Positions 9,811-18,642 of a stretch of 64,000 nucleotides of DNA are shown here, one piece after another. This DNA comes from Chloroflexota bacterium. GTDB lineage: Bacteria; Chloroflexota; UBA11872; VXNJ01. Numbering within the stretch: the stretch's first letter is position 1; each line of letters opens with the position of its first letter. The stretch lies in the NCBI GenBank assembly GCA_965261345.1, contig OZ253449.1, positions 1,763,317 through 1,827,316 on the forward strand. The letters are read 5' to 3'. Position numbers and translations under genes: made by a program. Under the pieces are notes generated by a model. That model had not been told where the DNA came from. It did no database searches and saw only the letters and a program-made list of their open reading frames with translations.

Positions 9811-11211
9811 CTATGCCACCGCGGCCGGAATGCGGCGGTGGTAATCGGTGGCCTGCTGGTAGGCGTGGGCGATACGTAGCACCATCGCATCGGAGAACTT
9901 TGACCCCGAGATCATCACGCTGGTGGGCAGCCCCTGCTCGTCGAAACCCGAAGGGATTGCCAGCGATGGCTGATGGGTGGCATTGAAAACTCCGGTAATC
10001 GCATCCATGCGAAGGTATTCGGTGATCAGGTCGGGGTTGTCAGATCGGCCCGCGGTGGTGTAGTTGGTGGGGGTAATGATCGCGTCAAAATCATCGAAAA
10101 ACCGCTCGGCTTCGATCGTCAGCTGACGCCGCCGGTCGACAAGCTCAAGGTACCGGCTGGCCGGTGCGGTCGACGATTCAAGCAGGCGGGCCCGAACGTC
10201 CGCGGCAAGCAACCCGAATCGCTCCTCATCGCGCATCAGCGTCCGGAGACTGTGCGGCGCCTCGATCGCCGTCAGCTGTCGGTTGGGCTCGACCGCCGGG
10301 GCCGCCCAGGGGACTGGCACCCGGGCGATGATCGCACCCATTGATTCCCAGATCGCAATCGCCCGTTCCACGTTCTGGACTATCGCATCGGGCAGATCGT
10401 CGAAGAAATGTTCGGTCGGGACCGCCAGGCGGCGGCCGGCCACACCCATCCCGATCCCGGCGGCAAAGTCGGGCGATCCGACGTCCACACTGTAGGGATC
10501 GCGCCGATCGTGCCCGGCGAGCGCCGAGAGCATGATTGCGCAATCATGCGCCGAGCGCGCCAGCGGCCCCACCACGCCCTGGGTCGGGGTCAGCGCCAAG
10601 GCGCCGAATTTTGGGACCAATCCAAAGGTCGGTTTGTGGCCGCAAATTCCGCAGTGCGCGGCCGGGGTGCGAATCGAACCGCCGGCGTCGCTGCCGGTGC
10701 CCCCAAAGGCCATCCCGCTGGCGACCGCGACCGCGGTTCCGCCCGAGGACCCTCCCGATACGCGGGCCGGATCCCAGGGATTGGCTGGAGTCCCGAAATG
10801 ACGGTTGATATTGCTGGCGCCAAACCCTAGTTCGTGCATATTGGCAAAACCCAGGATTACCGCCCCGGCGGCCTTGATTTGCGCTACCGGGCTGGAGTCC
10901 TCCCTGGCCGGAGTCTTGTCCAGAACGATCGATCCGCCGCTGTAGGCGTAGCCGGCCATCGCTTGGTTGTCTTTGAAAACGACCGGAATGCCGTGCAGCG
11001 GACCGAGCTCGCAACCATCGGATAGCTGCCGATCGCGCTCGGACGCCTCGGCCAGGGCCGCTTCCGGGCGCAGGGTGATGAACGCGTTCTGATGGGCCGG
11101 CAGCGCCTGATAACGATCAAGGCAGGCAGTTGCCAGTTCGGTCGAGGAAATCTGGCGATTGCGGATCATCCGGCTTGCCCGGGCAATGCTCAGGAAGTAG
11201 ATCTGGTTCAA
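9811..11211 (-). CDS. amidase (amidase-signature family)
   Basis: GGSSGGTAVAVASG...GSDAGGSIRTPAAHCG AS-signature with Ser-cisSer-Lys triad context. Confidence 0.85.
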   Translation of the reverse strand: MNQIYFLSIARASRMIRNRQISSTELATACLDRYQALPAHQNAFITLRPEAALAEASERDRQLSDGCELGPLHGIPVVFKDNQAMAGYAYSGGSIVLDKTPAREDSSPVAQIKAAGAVILGFANMHELGFGASNINRHFGTPANPWDPARVSGGSSGGTAVAVASGMAFGGTGSDAGGSIRTPAAHCGICGHKPTFGLVPKFGALALTPTQGVVGPLARSAHDCAIMLSALAGHDRRDPYSVDVGSPDFAAGIGMGVAGRRLAVPTEHFFDDLPDAIVQNVERAIAIWESMGAIIARVPVPWAAPAVEPNRQLTAIEAPHSLRTLMRDEERFGLLAADVRARLLESSTAPASRYLELVDRRRQLTIEAERFFDDFDAIITPTNYTTAGRSDNPDLITEYLRMDAITGVFNATHQPSLAIPSGFDEQGLPTSVMISGSKFSDAMVLRIAHAYQQATDYHRRIPAAVA

Positions 11212-11219
11212 GTTATCTC

Positions 11220-12620
11220 CTAGTCAAGGTGCGGTCGGGCCAGGTGCCATTCGGTCACATTCTGGAAGGCGTTGGCCGCCGCGAGCACTACGTCGTCGCG
11301 CCAGCGGGCTGCCGAAATCATCAAACCGATCGGCAATCGCTGGTGATCGAATCCACAGGGGACCGATATCGATGGCTGTCCGGTCTGGTCGAATATGCCG
11401 GTAAACGCCACGTCGCGCAGGTAACGCCGGGTGTCCGCGCCGTCGATCGGCCCGGCGGTGCGATGGCAGGTCGGGGTCAGCAACAGGTCGTATTCGGAGA
11501 GCAGCAATTCGGATTCGCGGACGATGCGGGCGCGGCGATCGAGCATATCCTGGTAGTCGACCGCCGAAATCTGGGCCGCCGATCGGAGCCGGGCGCGTGA
11601 ATCGGGCGAAACCGAATCGACGCGCCCGGGATCGGCCAACAGCTGCCGATGCACCCAGGCGGCCTCGGCCGGGACCATGGCGCTGTTATTGGCAAAAGCC
11701 GCTCCCGCCCAGGGGGTGGATACAGTCTGGACGGTGGCTCCAAGCCGGGCGAATTCGCCGATCGCCCGGTCGAACGCCGACTGCACGTCAGGCGCAAGAT
11801 CGGCAAAGTGGGGATCGTCGGGGACCGCAATTCGCCACGCGCTATCGAACCGGTCCAGCGAGTCCACGGTCGCCGGTCGGGGTCCGGGCGGGCAGTACGG
11901 ATCGTGCGGGTCGTAGCCGGCAATTGCATCGAGCATGATCGCGCAGTCGCGGGCCGACCGGGCCATCGGCCCGGCGTGATCCAGGTTCACCGAGAGCGGG
12001 AAGACGCCGCGCTTGGAGACGAATCCGTAGGTGGGTTTGTGACCCGAAATTCCGCAAAGCGAAGCCGGCAGGCGAATGGATCCGCCGGTATCAGAGCCAA
12101 GCGCCAGCGGTGCGGCGCCGATCGCAACCGCCACCGCCGATCCCGACGACGACCCGCCGGGCACTCGATCGCGTTTCCACGGGTTGGGCGGCGTGCCAAA
12201 GTGCGGATTAACGCCGGTGACCCCGAAGGCGAATTCGTGCAGTACAGTCTTGCCCAGGATGATCGCCCCGGCTTCAATGAGGCGAGCGACAGCGTAGCTA
12301 TCCTCGGTCGCCGGCGGGTCGTCAGCGCGGGTTGGCGAGGCGGCGGTAGTCACCATCCCGGCAATGTCGTAAAGATCCTTGGCGGCCACCACGATACCGC
12401 CCAGCGGTTTTTGAAGGTCCGAATCGGTCATCGCCGCCGCCCGGGCGAGCGCCGACTCCGACATCACGTCGAGCCAGGCGTTGGCGAACGCCGGCTGACC
12501 GGCTATGTGGTCAAGGTGCAATTGGACTAGCTCGACCGGAGAAATCCGGCTCCGCCGCAGCAAATCGCGCTGCTCGACAACGCCGGCAAACAAAATTGGA
12601 TCGAGCATATTCACCGCCAC
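11220..12620 (-). CDS. amidase (amidase-signature family), paralog
   Basis: GGSSSGSAVAVAIG...GSDTGGSIRLPASLCG. It lies 8 nt upstream of the first amidase. Confidence 0.85.
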   Translation of the reverse strand: MAVNMLDPILFAGVVEQRDLLRRSRISPVELVQLHLDHIAGQPAFANAWLDVMSESALARAAAMTDSDLQKPLGGIVVAAKDLYDIAGMVTTAASPTRADDPPATEDSYAVARLIEAGAIILGKTVLHEFAFGVTGVNPHFGTPPNPWKRDRVPGGSSSGSAVAVAIGAAPLALGSDTGGSIRLPASLCGISGHKPTYGFVSKRGVFPLSVNLDHAGPMARSARDCAIMLDAIAGYDPHDPYCPPGPRPATVDSLDRFDSAWRIAVPDDPHFADLAPDVQSAFDRAIGEFARLGATVQTVSTPWAGAAFANNSAMVPAEAAWVHRQLLADPGRVDSVSPDSRARLRSAAQISAVDYQDMLDRRARIVRESELLLSEYDLLLTPTCHRTAGPIDGADTRRYLRDVAFTGIFDQTGQPSISVPCGFDHQRLPIGLMISAARWRDDVVLAAANAFQNVTEWHLARPHLD

Positions 12621-12656
12621 GCAAGGGTATCGGCATTCTAGGAGTCAGTTGGTCCG

Positions 12657-13439
12657 ATGGCTGAATTAAACGGCCCACGCGCTGCGGCGGACCAGATTCG
12701 CTTGCATGTATTGCTGGCTCGCGCCGGGGCGGGGTCGCGTCGCGCCATGGAGGCGGCCATCCTGGCCGGCAGGGTTCGGGTCAACGGCGTCCGGGTGCTG
12801 ACCGGACGGATGGTCAATCCGCGAATGGACCTTATCGAATTGGATGGTCAAGCCGTTGGCGGGCGACCCGCGCGGCCGGTCTATCTGCTGCTCAACAAGC
12901 CGCGCGGCGTAATAACGACGGCCCGCGACGAACGCGGGCGCGAGACCGTGCTAGATCTTGTCGATTGCCCCGAACGGGTGTTTCCGGTTGGCCGCCTGGA
13001 CCGGCAGTCGGAAGGCCTGGTGCTGCTAACCAACGACGGTCCGCTGGCCAACCGATTGACCCATCCCCGCTACCAGCACCTGCGCCGTTATCAGGTGACG
13101 GTGGCGGGGACCCTGCGGCCGGGGGACCTGTACCGCCTGCGCAGCGGGATCGTCATCGGCGATCGGCGGACCTTGCCGGCCGAGGTCCGGGTTCGTGCGC
13201 GGTCGACTTCCCACACCGACCTGGACATGGTCTTGCGCGAGGGTCGCAATCGCCAAATCCGGCGGATGCTCGAATCCTGCGGGAAGCGAATCCTGCACCT
13301 GCGCCGGGTGGGGCTGGCCGGGTTGACCCTGGAGGGACTGGGGTCTGGACACTTTCGTTATCTGACCCGGCATGAGCGGACCGGATTGCTCCGGATTGTC
13401 GGGTTGGACTGGTTCCCAAACCGGCACCACCCGGCTTGA
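12657..13439 (+). CDS. rRNA pseudouridine synthase (RsuA/RluB family, S4 domain)
   Basis: VGRLDRQSEGLVLLTNDG catalytic-Asp motif and an N-terminal S4-like region. Confidence 0.8.
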   Translation: MAELNGPRAAADQIRLHVLLARAGAGSRRAMEAAILAGRVRVNGVRVLTGRMVNPRMDLIELDGQAVGGRPARPVYLLLNKPRGVITTARDERGRETVLDLVDCPERVFPVGRLDRQSEGLVLLTNDGPLANRLTHPRYQHLRRYQVTVAGTLRPGDLYRLRSGIVIGDRRTLPAEVRVRARSTSHTDLDMVLREGRNRQIRRMLESCGKRILHLRRVGLAGLTLEGLGSGHFRYLTRHERTGLLRIVGLDWFPNRHHPA

Positions 13440-13441
13440 CG

Positions 13442-15466
13442 CTAGCTGGGAGCCCCCAGTACCGCGCGCAGCCGTAGCGGATCCGTTTCCGGCTGCTGGC
13501 ACACGAATTGGCGGCAGACGTAGGCGGCCGGTCGACCGTTGACCGGCCCACGATCGGCCAGAAGCGGGACCGGAGAGTCCGACCCGACTGCGATCACCCG
13601 GTCGGCGCGCCAGTTTTGGCGCACCGCCGCGATCAACGCCCGGGTCAAGCAGTCCCCGGGGTCTCCCGCGATTGCAACCTGCTGGGCCTGCGGTTCCAGC
13701 CAGAGCATCGCCTGCAGCCACTTGGAAAATGCGGTTCCATGGCGAATGAAGGTTTCGCCCAGGCCCGGTATCGAGGCCGCGGCGCGCTCGCGCCAGACCG
13801 ACTCGCCGGTGAGCCCCCAGATGCGCAGCATCAGGCGTGCCGCCATGGCGGCTCCAGAGGGAGTGGCATTGTCCTCGCGCCGCCGGGGGCGGACCACCAG
13901 GTCTGCCTGATCGTGGGCGGTGTCGCAGAGCCCGCCATCGGGATCGCCGAAACGCTCGATCATGGTTTCCGCCAAGGCGACGGCCCGATCGAACCAGCGA
14001 TGGTCGAAATCGCTTTCATACAGGGTCAGCAGGGCGTCGGCCAATCCGGCGTAATCCTCGAGAAATCCGACTCCACTGGCCTGCCCGTCGGCCCAGGAAT
14101 GCGAAAGGCGGTCATCTTGCAGTACTTGTTCAAGCAGGAACCGGGCGGCGCGTTGGGCTGCACCCAAGTAGGCCGGATCTGCGAGCGCGGCGCCGGCCTC
14201 GGCGAAGCTGGCCAGCATCATGGCGTTCCAGGAAGTTACCGCCTTGCGATCGGTGGCTGGCGGAACTCGGCGGGAGCGCGCGTCCAGCAGCACCCGGCGC
14301 GAGCGGTCAAGGAGCTCGGCCAGCTCACTTTCATCGAGTTGGCCGCGGTGAGTCCGAACCCCGCCTTCGGGCGGTTCGTGGAGGATGTTGCGACCTTCAA
14401 AATTTCCGCCCAGGGTCACGTCGTAATAGCGGCAGAAATCCCCGGCATCTTCGCCCAGCAGCGACTCGACCTCGTCGAGATCCCATACGTAGTACTTCCC
14501 TTCAACTCCCTCTGAATCGGCATCCTGGGCCGCGTAAAACCAGCCGTCGGACCCGGTCATTTCGGCCAGGATGTAGTCAAGGGTCTGCCGGGTAACTGAC
14601 AGGTAGCGTGAATTCCCGGTCAGCTGCCAGGCGTGCAGGTAGCAACCGGCCAGCTGGGCGTTGTCGTAGAGCATTTTTTCAAAATGCGGCACCAGCCAAA
14701 CGGCGTCAACCGAGTAGCGGTGGAATCCACCGCGCAGTTGATCGAATATCCCGCCCCGAGCCATCTGGTCCAGCGAGCGCAGTGCGGTCGAACGCGCATC
14801 CTGGTCACCGCTCTGGGCCGAATAGCCAAGCAGGAAATCGATCGTCATCGCCATCGGGAATTTGGGATCGTCGCCCCAGCCGCCGTTTTCTAAATCGAAG
14901 CTGTTGCAGGCCGCCGCGGCGGCCTGGGCCAGCAGGTCGTTGGGCAAATCGGCCCCGCCCAGCTGCTCAAACTCACCCAGGCGATCGAGCAGGCGGGCGG
15001 CTACGTCGTTTACCTCGCCGCGCCGTTCACGCCAGGAGGCGGCGATCTGTTCGAGCACCATCGCAAAGGAGGGCATCCCGTAGCGTGGCTGCGGGGGAAA
15101 GTAGGTCCCGCCAAAAAACGGCTCGCCGCTGGGTTTTAGAAATACACTCATCGGCCAACCGCCCTGCCCGGCGATGGCCATAACCGCGTTCATGTAGATG
15201 GAGTCGACATCCGGGCGTTCTTCGCGATCGACCTTGATCGCGATGAAATCGGCGCCCAGCGCCGCCGCGATCGCCGGGTCCTCAAACGATTCGTGGGCCA
15301 TAACGTGGCACCAGTGGCAGGCCGAATAACCAACGCTTAGAAAAATCGGCTTGTCCTGCGAAAGGGCGGCCGCGAATGCTTCCGGTCCCCATTCATACCA
15401 GGCGACCGGATTGTCGGCGTGCTGACGCAGATAGAGGCTTTTGGCGCGGGCGAGACGATTGGGCAC
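13442..15466 (-). CDS. thioredoxin-domain protein, YyaL/SSP411 (DUF255) family
   Basis: N-terminal DUF255 with CHWCH motif (GYSACHWCHVM). Long C-terminal six-hairpin-glycosidase-like region. Confidence 0.85.
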   Translation of the reverse strand: MPNRLARAKSLYLRQHADNPVAWYEWGPEAFAAALSQDKPIFLSVGYSACHWCHVMAHESFEDPAIAAALGADFIAIKVDREERPDVDSIYMNAVMAIAGQGGWPMSVFLKPSGEPFFGGTYFPPQPRYGMPSFAMVLEQIAASWRERRGEVNDVAARLLDRLGEFEQLGGADLPNDLLAQAAAAACNSFDLENGGWGDDPKFPMAMTIDFLLGYSAQSGDQDARSTALRSLDQMARGGIFDQLRGGFHRYSVDAVWLVPHFEKMLYDNAQLAGCYLHAWQLTGNSRYLSVTRQTLDYILAEMTGSDGWFYAAQDADSEGVEGKYYVWDLDEVESLLGEDAGDFCRYYDVTLGGNFEGRNILHEPPEGGVRTHRGQLDESELAELLDRSRRVLLDARSRRVPPATDRKAVTSWNAMMLASFAEAGAALADPAYLGAAQRAARFLLEQVLQDDRLSHSWADGQASGVGFLEDYAGLADALLTLYESDFDHRWFDRAVALAETMIERFGDPDGGLCDTAHDQADLVVRPRRREDNATPSGAAMAARLMLRIWGLTGESVWRERAAASIPGLGETFIRHGTAFSKWLQAMLWLEPQAQQVAIAGDPGDCLTRALIAAVRQNWRADRVIAVGSDSPVPLLADRGPVNGRPAAYVCRQFVCQQPETDPLRLRAVLGAPS

Positions 15467-15611
15467 TATTGGGTTTGGCCATTAATTTGCATGATGGAAG
15501 AATTTACCGGGCCATGTACCAGACCCAGGGTGATCGGTTATCTCATACTTTGACCCGCCCGGCGTTTACGACCAGGCGGTCTTTCCCGCCGCCGGCCCCC
15601 AGCGACCATTC

Positions 15612-16277
15612 GTGGCCGCCAATTTTGTGATTTCCGCCGACGGATCTGCGCGCAAGCCGGGACCGGCCTATCGGCATTTCTCAGGCCCCGTCGACCGCCG
15701 TTCTTTCCGCCGCCTGCGAATCCACTTTGATGCCATCCTGCGGGGGGCCCGGACGCTGGAGATCAACCCGATTCGGGATCTTGCCAATCCGGCGATTCGT
15801 CGGGCGCTGGACGAACGCGGCCGGCGGATGCCGGTGGTCGTAGCGGTTAGCAATTCCGGCCAGATTCCAGATGAGGCCGGGCTGATCCGCGGCGCCGACC
15901 CGCAGTTGCCGCCAATCTTGTGCGTACCCGAGAATGCCAAGGTTTCAGCAACGGTTGCCCGGGCCTGCCGGGTATGGCGCTTTTCCGGGCCCCGCCTGGA
16001 CCTTGCCCGGGTGCTTGAACGCCTCGGACGCCAATGCGGAGTGCAACGAGTTCTCTGCGAGGGTGGACCGACGCTCCTGCGTGGGCTGCTCGATCAGGGC
16101 CTGCTCGACGAATTGCTGCTCACGATTGCGCCCTGCCTGCTGGGCGACCCGGACAAACTGACGCTGTTGGGTGGGCAGCTCCCGTTCACACCGACGACGG
16201 TGCCCGACCTGGAGCTGATCGCAGTGCGGTCCGAGGCCGACGAAGTCTTTTTGCGTTACCGGGTCCGCGCCGGTTGA
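15612..16277 (+). CDS. RibD C-terminal-domain reductase (dihydrofolate reductase-like fold)
   Basis: 221 aa with VVVAVSNSGQI and RVLCEGGPTLL patterns typical of the RibD_C/DHFR-like family. Confidence 0.6.
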   Translation: MAANFVISADGSARKPGPAYRHFSGPVDRRSFRRLRIHFDAILRGARTLEINPIRDLANPAIRRALDERGRRMPVVVAVSNSGQIPDEAGLIRGADPQLPPILCVPENAKVSATVARACRVWRFSGPRLDLARVLERLGRQCGVQRVLCEGGPTLLRGLLDQGLLDELLLTIAPCLLGDPDKLTLLGGQLPFTPTTVPDLELIAVRSEADEVFLRYRVRAG

Positions 16278-16281
16278 CCGG

Positions 16282-17094
16282 TTACGGGTCGGTTGACCCG
16301 AATCGCTCAAGCGCGTTGTCGTATATCACGCACCGCAGCACTGCCAGGTAAGTTAGCACCAGCACCGAAGCCAAGCTGGCCACAACCTGGGCCAACACCC
16401 CGAGCACGCCTCCATCGGACGAGATAAGGGAGGTAAAGATCGTCGCGGCGATGCTTGCCATCCAGTACATGAAGATTTCAGCGCCGGTGGCGCGGGCCAG
16501 GCGGAGCGACTCGCGCAGCAGATCGCGCAGGTCGAATCCGGTATCAACCAGCAGCGGGACGAAGTAGAAGCTGACGAAAACGAATGCGATAAAAACGCCA
16601 AGGCCAAGCATCGCGGCCAGGATTCCCAGGGTCGGCGTGATCTGTCCGGCCGCCCACGCCACTGCGGCGGCAAGGCCCAGCAACGCCAGCCAGAGAAGCA
16701 CGAAGAGCGCGATTTGCAGCGATCGCCGTTCGATCGCCGCCAACCCCGCGCGCAGGTCGACCCGGTCGCCGCGATAGGACGCCAAGGCGTTGTACGTTAT
16801 TCCAACCTCCAGGACCAGTCCGATTACGAAAAGGGCAATCAGGATCAGCGCCATGGATTTGGCGTAATCACCCAGTTCGTCGAGCAGCAGTCCGCCCGCG
16901 CCTTGGTCGCCGCCGGCAATGGCCGGTACCGCGGGGGCGAGCACCTCAGAGAGTGCGAAGCTGATTACGGTGCCTACCAGCATCCAAACCACCAGGAATG
17001 GGTTGTCGGAAAAAATCCCGTAGGCGACCCGGGCAAACGACCAGAAGCTCCAGGGTATGTCCCCAGGGCGCCTAGACTCTAATTCGTCGTTCAA
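16282..17094 (-). CDS. hypothetical polytopic membrane protein
   Basis: 270 aa with about 6 TM segments and no recognisable motif. Confidence 0.5.
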   Translation of the reverse strand: MNDELESRRPGDIPWSFWSFARVAYGIFSDNPFLVVWMLVGTVISFALSEVLAPAVPAIAGGDQGAGGLLLDELGDYAKSMALILIALFVIGLVLEVGITYNALASYRGDRVDLRAGLAAIERRSLQIALFVLLWLALLGLAAAVAWAAGQITPTLGILAAMLGLGVFIAFVFVSFYFVPLLVDTGFDLRDLLRESLRLARATGAEIFMYWMASIAATIFTSLISSDGGVLGVLAQVVASLASVLVLTYLAVLRCVIYDNALERFGSTDP

Positions 17095-17140
17095 ATGTGG
17101 GTATGCTTCCGGCGGGCAGGTTGACGAAAAATTCTAGGTT

Positions 17141-17464
17141 TTGACAGAACTTTCGACAGTGCCGGATCATAACCCGTCAGCCGTTCGACTGGCTGCAAGC
17201 GACAACGTCGCCACCCTGGTGAGGCCGGCCAAAGCCGGCGAAACGGTGGCGGTGATCGATGCGCGCGCGCACCGCGTCGTGGCCCGCGAGGACATTCCGT
17301 TCGGTTTCAAGATCGCAATTTCACCGATCGGGACCGGCGAAATGGTGGTCAAGTACGGGTCTCCAATCGGGCAGGCCACCCGACCGATCGATGCCGGCCA
17401 GCTGGTGCATGTCCACAATCTGGCCGGCCTCCGGGCCGGCGGCGACCATCGGCGGCCGGCCTGA
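17141..17464 (+). CDS. UxaA-family dehydratase, small (SAF-domain) subunit
   Basis: 107 aa SAF/N-terminal altronate-dehydratase domain (NVATLV...GE.VVKYG.PIG.A...I.AGQ.VHVHN). Confidence 0.7.
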   Translation: MTELSTVPDHNPSAVRLAASDNVATLVRPAKAGETVAVIDARAHRVVAREDIPFGFKIAISPIGTGEMVVKYGSPIGQATRPIDAGQLVHVHNLAGLRAGGDHRRPA

Positions 17465-17502
17465 GCGCCGAGTTTGCCGGGTTCGCCCGCCCCGATGGAT
17501 CA

Positions 17503-18642
17503 GTGGGAACCCGCAATCACGTGCTGATCCTGCCCGGTGGTTGGGAGTGCCAGCAGATCGTGAACATGGTTGAGGGCACGGTAACTCCCAACTCGCCCGA
17601 TCTTGGCATCGGCCGGATCCGACCTGACCGCGAGACCATTACTCGGATGCAGACCGGTCTGGCGCTCAACCCCAACGTCTACGGGGTGATCGTGGTGGCT
17701 GGCCTGGGTGGCATAAATGATGAACTTCTAAACGGCCAACTGGCCGCTGACGTCTGCCGCGAGGCCGGAAAACCGTTTGAGATCGTAGAACACGACGGGT
17801 GGCAGGCAATTGCCCACGGCGGCCAGTTGGCCGCCCGAATGGTCCATGCCGCATCTGCCCTGCAGCGGATCACGGTTCCGGCCAGCGCTCTCACCGTGGG
17901 GGTCAAGTGCGGCGGCTCGGACCCGACCTCGGGCCTCGCCGGAAATCCCGCCGTGGGTCGGATGTTCGACCGCGTGGTGGAGGCGGGTGGCACCGCCTTG
18001 TTCTCCGAAACGACCGAGCTGATCGGCGCCGAGCACGAACTGGCCAAGCGCTGCGTTTCCGAGGCCGTGCGGACCGAGTTGCTTGACCTGATCTCCGCCC
18101 ACGAACAAATGGGGCGCTCGGTCGGGCAGGACATCCGCTCCATTAATCCGGGGCCGGCCAACATCGAGGCGGGGATAAGCACGCTTGAAGAGAAAAGCTT
18201 GGGGGCGATTCACAAGGCTGGCAGCGCTCCCCTACAGGGTGTCCTTGACTGGGCTCAACGCCCCGCCGGGAAGGGCCTGTACTTCATGCACAGCTCAGCC
18301 AGCAGTTACAAAGTCGTCCTTCCCGGCATGGCCGGGGCCGGCTGCAACTTGGTCTTTTTCCAGTTTGGCGGCGGCGGATCGCGGCGGCGGACCCTTACCG
18401 GCGGTGAGGGCATTGTGGCGCCGCAGGTCTGGGTGACCGGCAACCCGCGCACCGCTCAAAATATTCCCGATGGAATTGACTTTTCGGCCGGCGGGGCGAT
18501 CATCGCCGGCCGAAAAGTCGCTGAGCTGGGCGATGAATTGTTCGAGCTGGTGCTCTCAATCGCCTCCGGGCAGCTGGCGCGGACTGAAATGCTCCGCTTT
18601 TTCGATCCGGTGCAATATCACCTCCCCGGCCCCAACTTTTAA
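17503..18642 (+). CDS. UxaA-family (altronate/galactarate) dehydratase, large subunit
   Basis: RPDGSVGTRNHVLILP, GVKCGGSD and AGAGCNLVFF motifs of the UxaA/GarD C-terminal domain. The conserved FAGFARPDGSV continues in frame upstream of the GTG at 17503. Alternative initiation at CTG 17461-17463 would overlap the small-subunit TGA. Confidence 0.75.
   Translation: MGTRNHVLILPGGWECQQIVNMVEGTVTPNSPDLGIGRIRPDRETITRMQTGLALNPNVYGVIVVAGLGGINDELLNGQLAADVCREAGKPFEIVEHDGWQAIAHGGQLAARMVHAASALQRITVPASALTVGVKCGGSDPTSGLAGNPAVGRMFDRVVEAGGTALFSETTELIGAEHELAKRCVSEAVRTELLDLISAHEQMGRSVGQDIRSINPGPANIEAGISTLEEKSLGAIHKAGSAPLQGVLDWAQRPAGKGLYFMHSSASSYKVVLPGMAGAGCNLVFFQFGGGGSRRRTLTGGEGIVAPQVWVTGNPRTAQNIPDGIDFSAGGAIIAGRKVAELGDELFELVLSIASGQLARTEMLRFFDPVQYHLPGPNF

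Noticed and set aside
11649-12530. 293-aa + strand ORF antisense to the second amidase
   Set aside because: R/G-rich junk translation. The amidase frame carries the full AS signature.
13508-14595. Long + strand ORFs (335 aa and 252 aa) antisense to the YyaL thioredoxin-domain gene
   Set aside because: Low-complexity Arg/Pro/Gly-rich. The opposite frame encodes the conserved DUF255 protein.
16353-16673. 106-aa minus-strand ORF in an alternative frame of the 16282..17094 membrane protein
   Set aside because: A frame-shifted shadow of the hydrophobic protein, rich in Trp, Arg and Cys.
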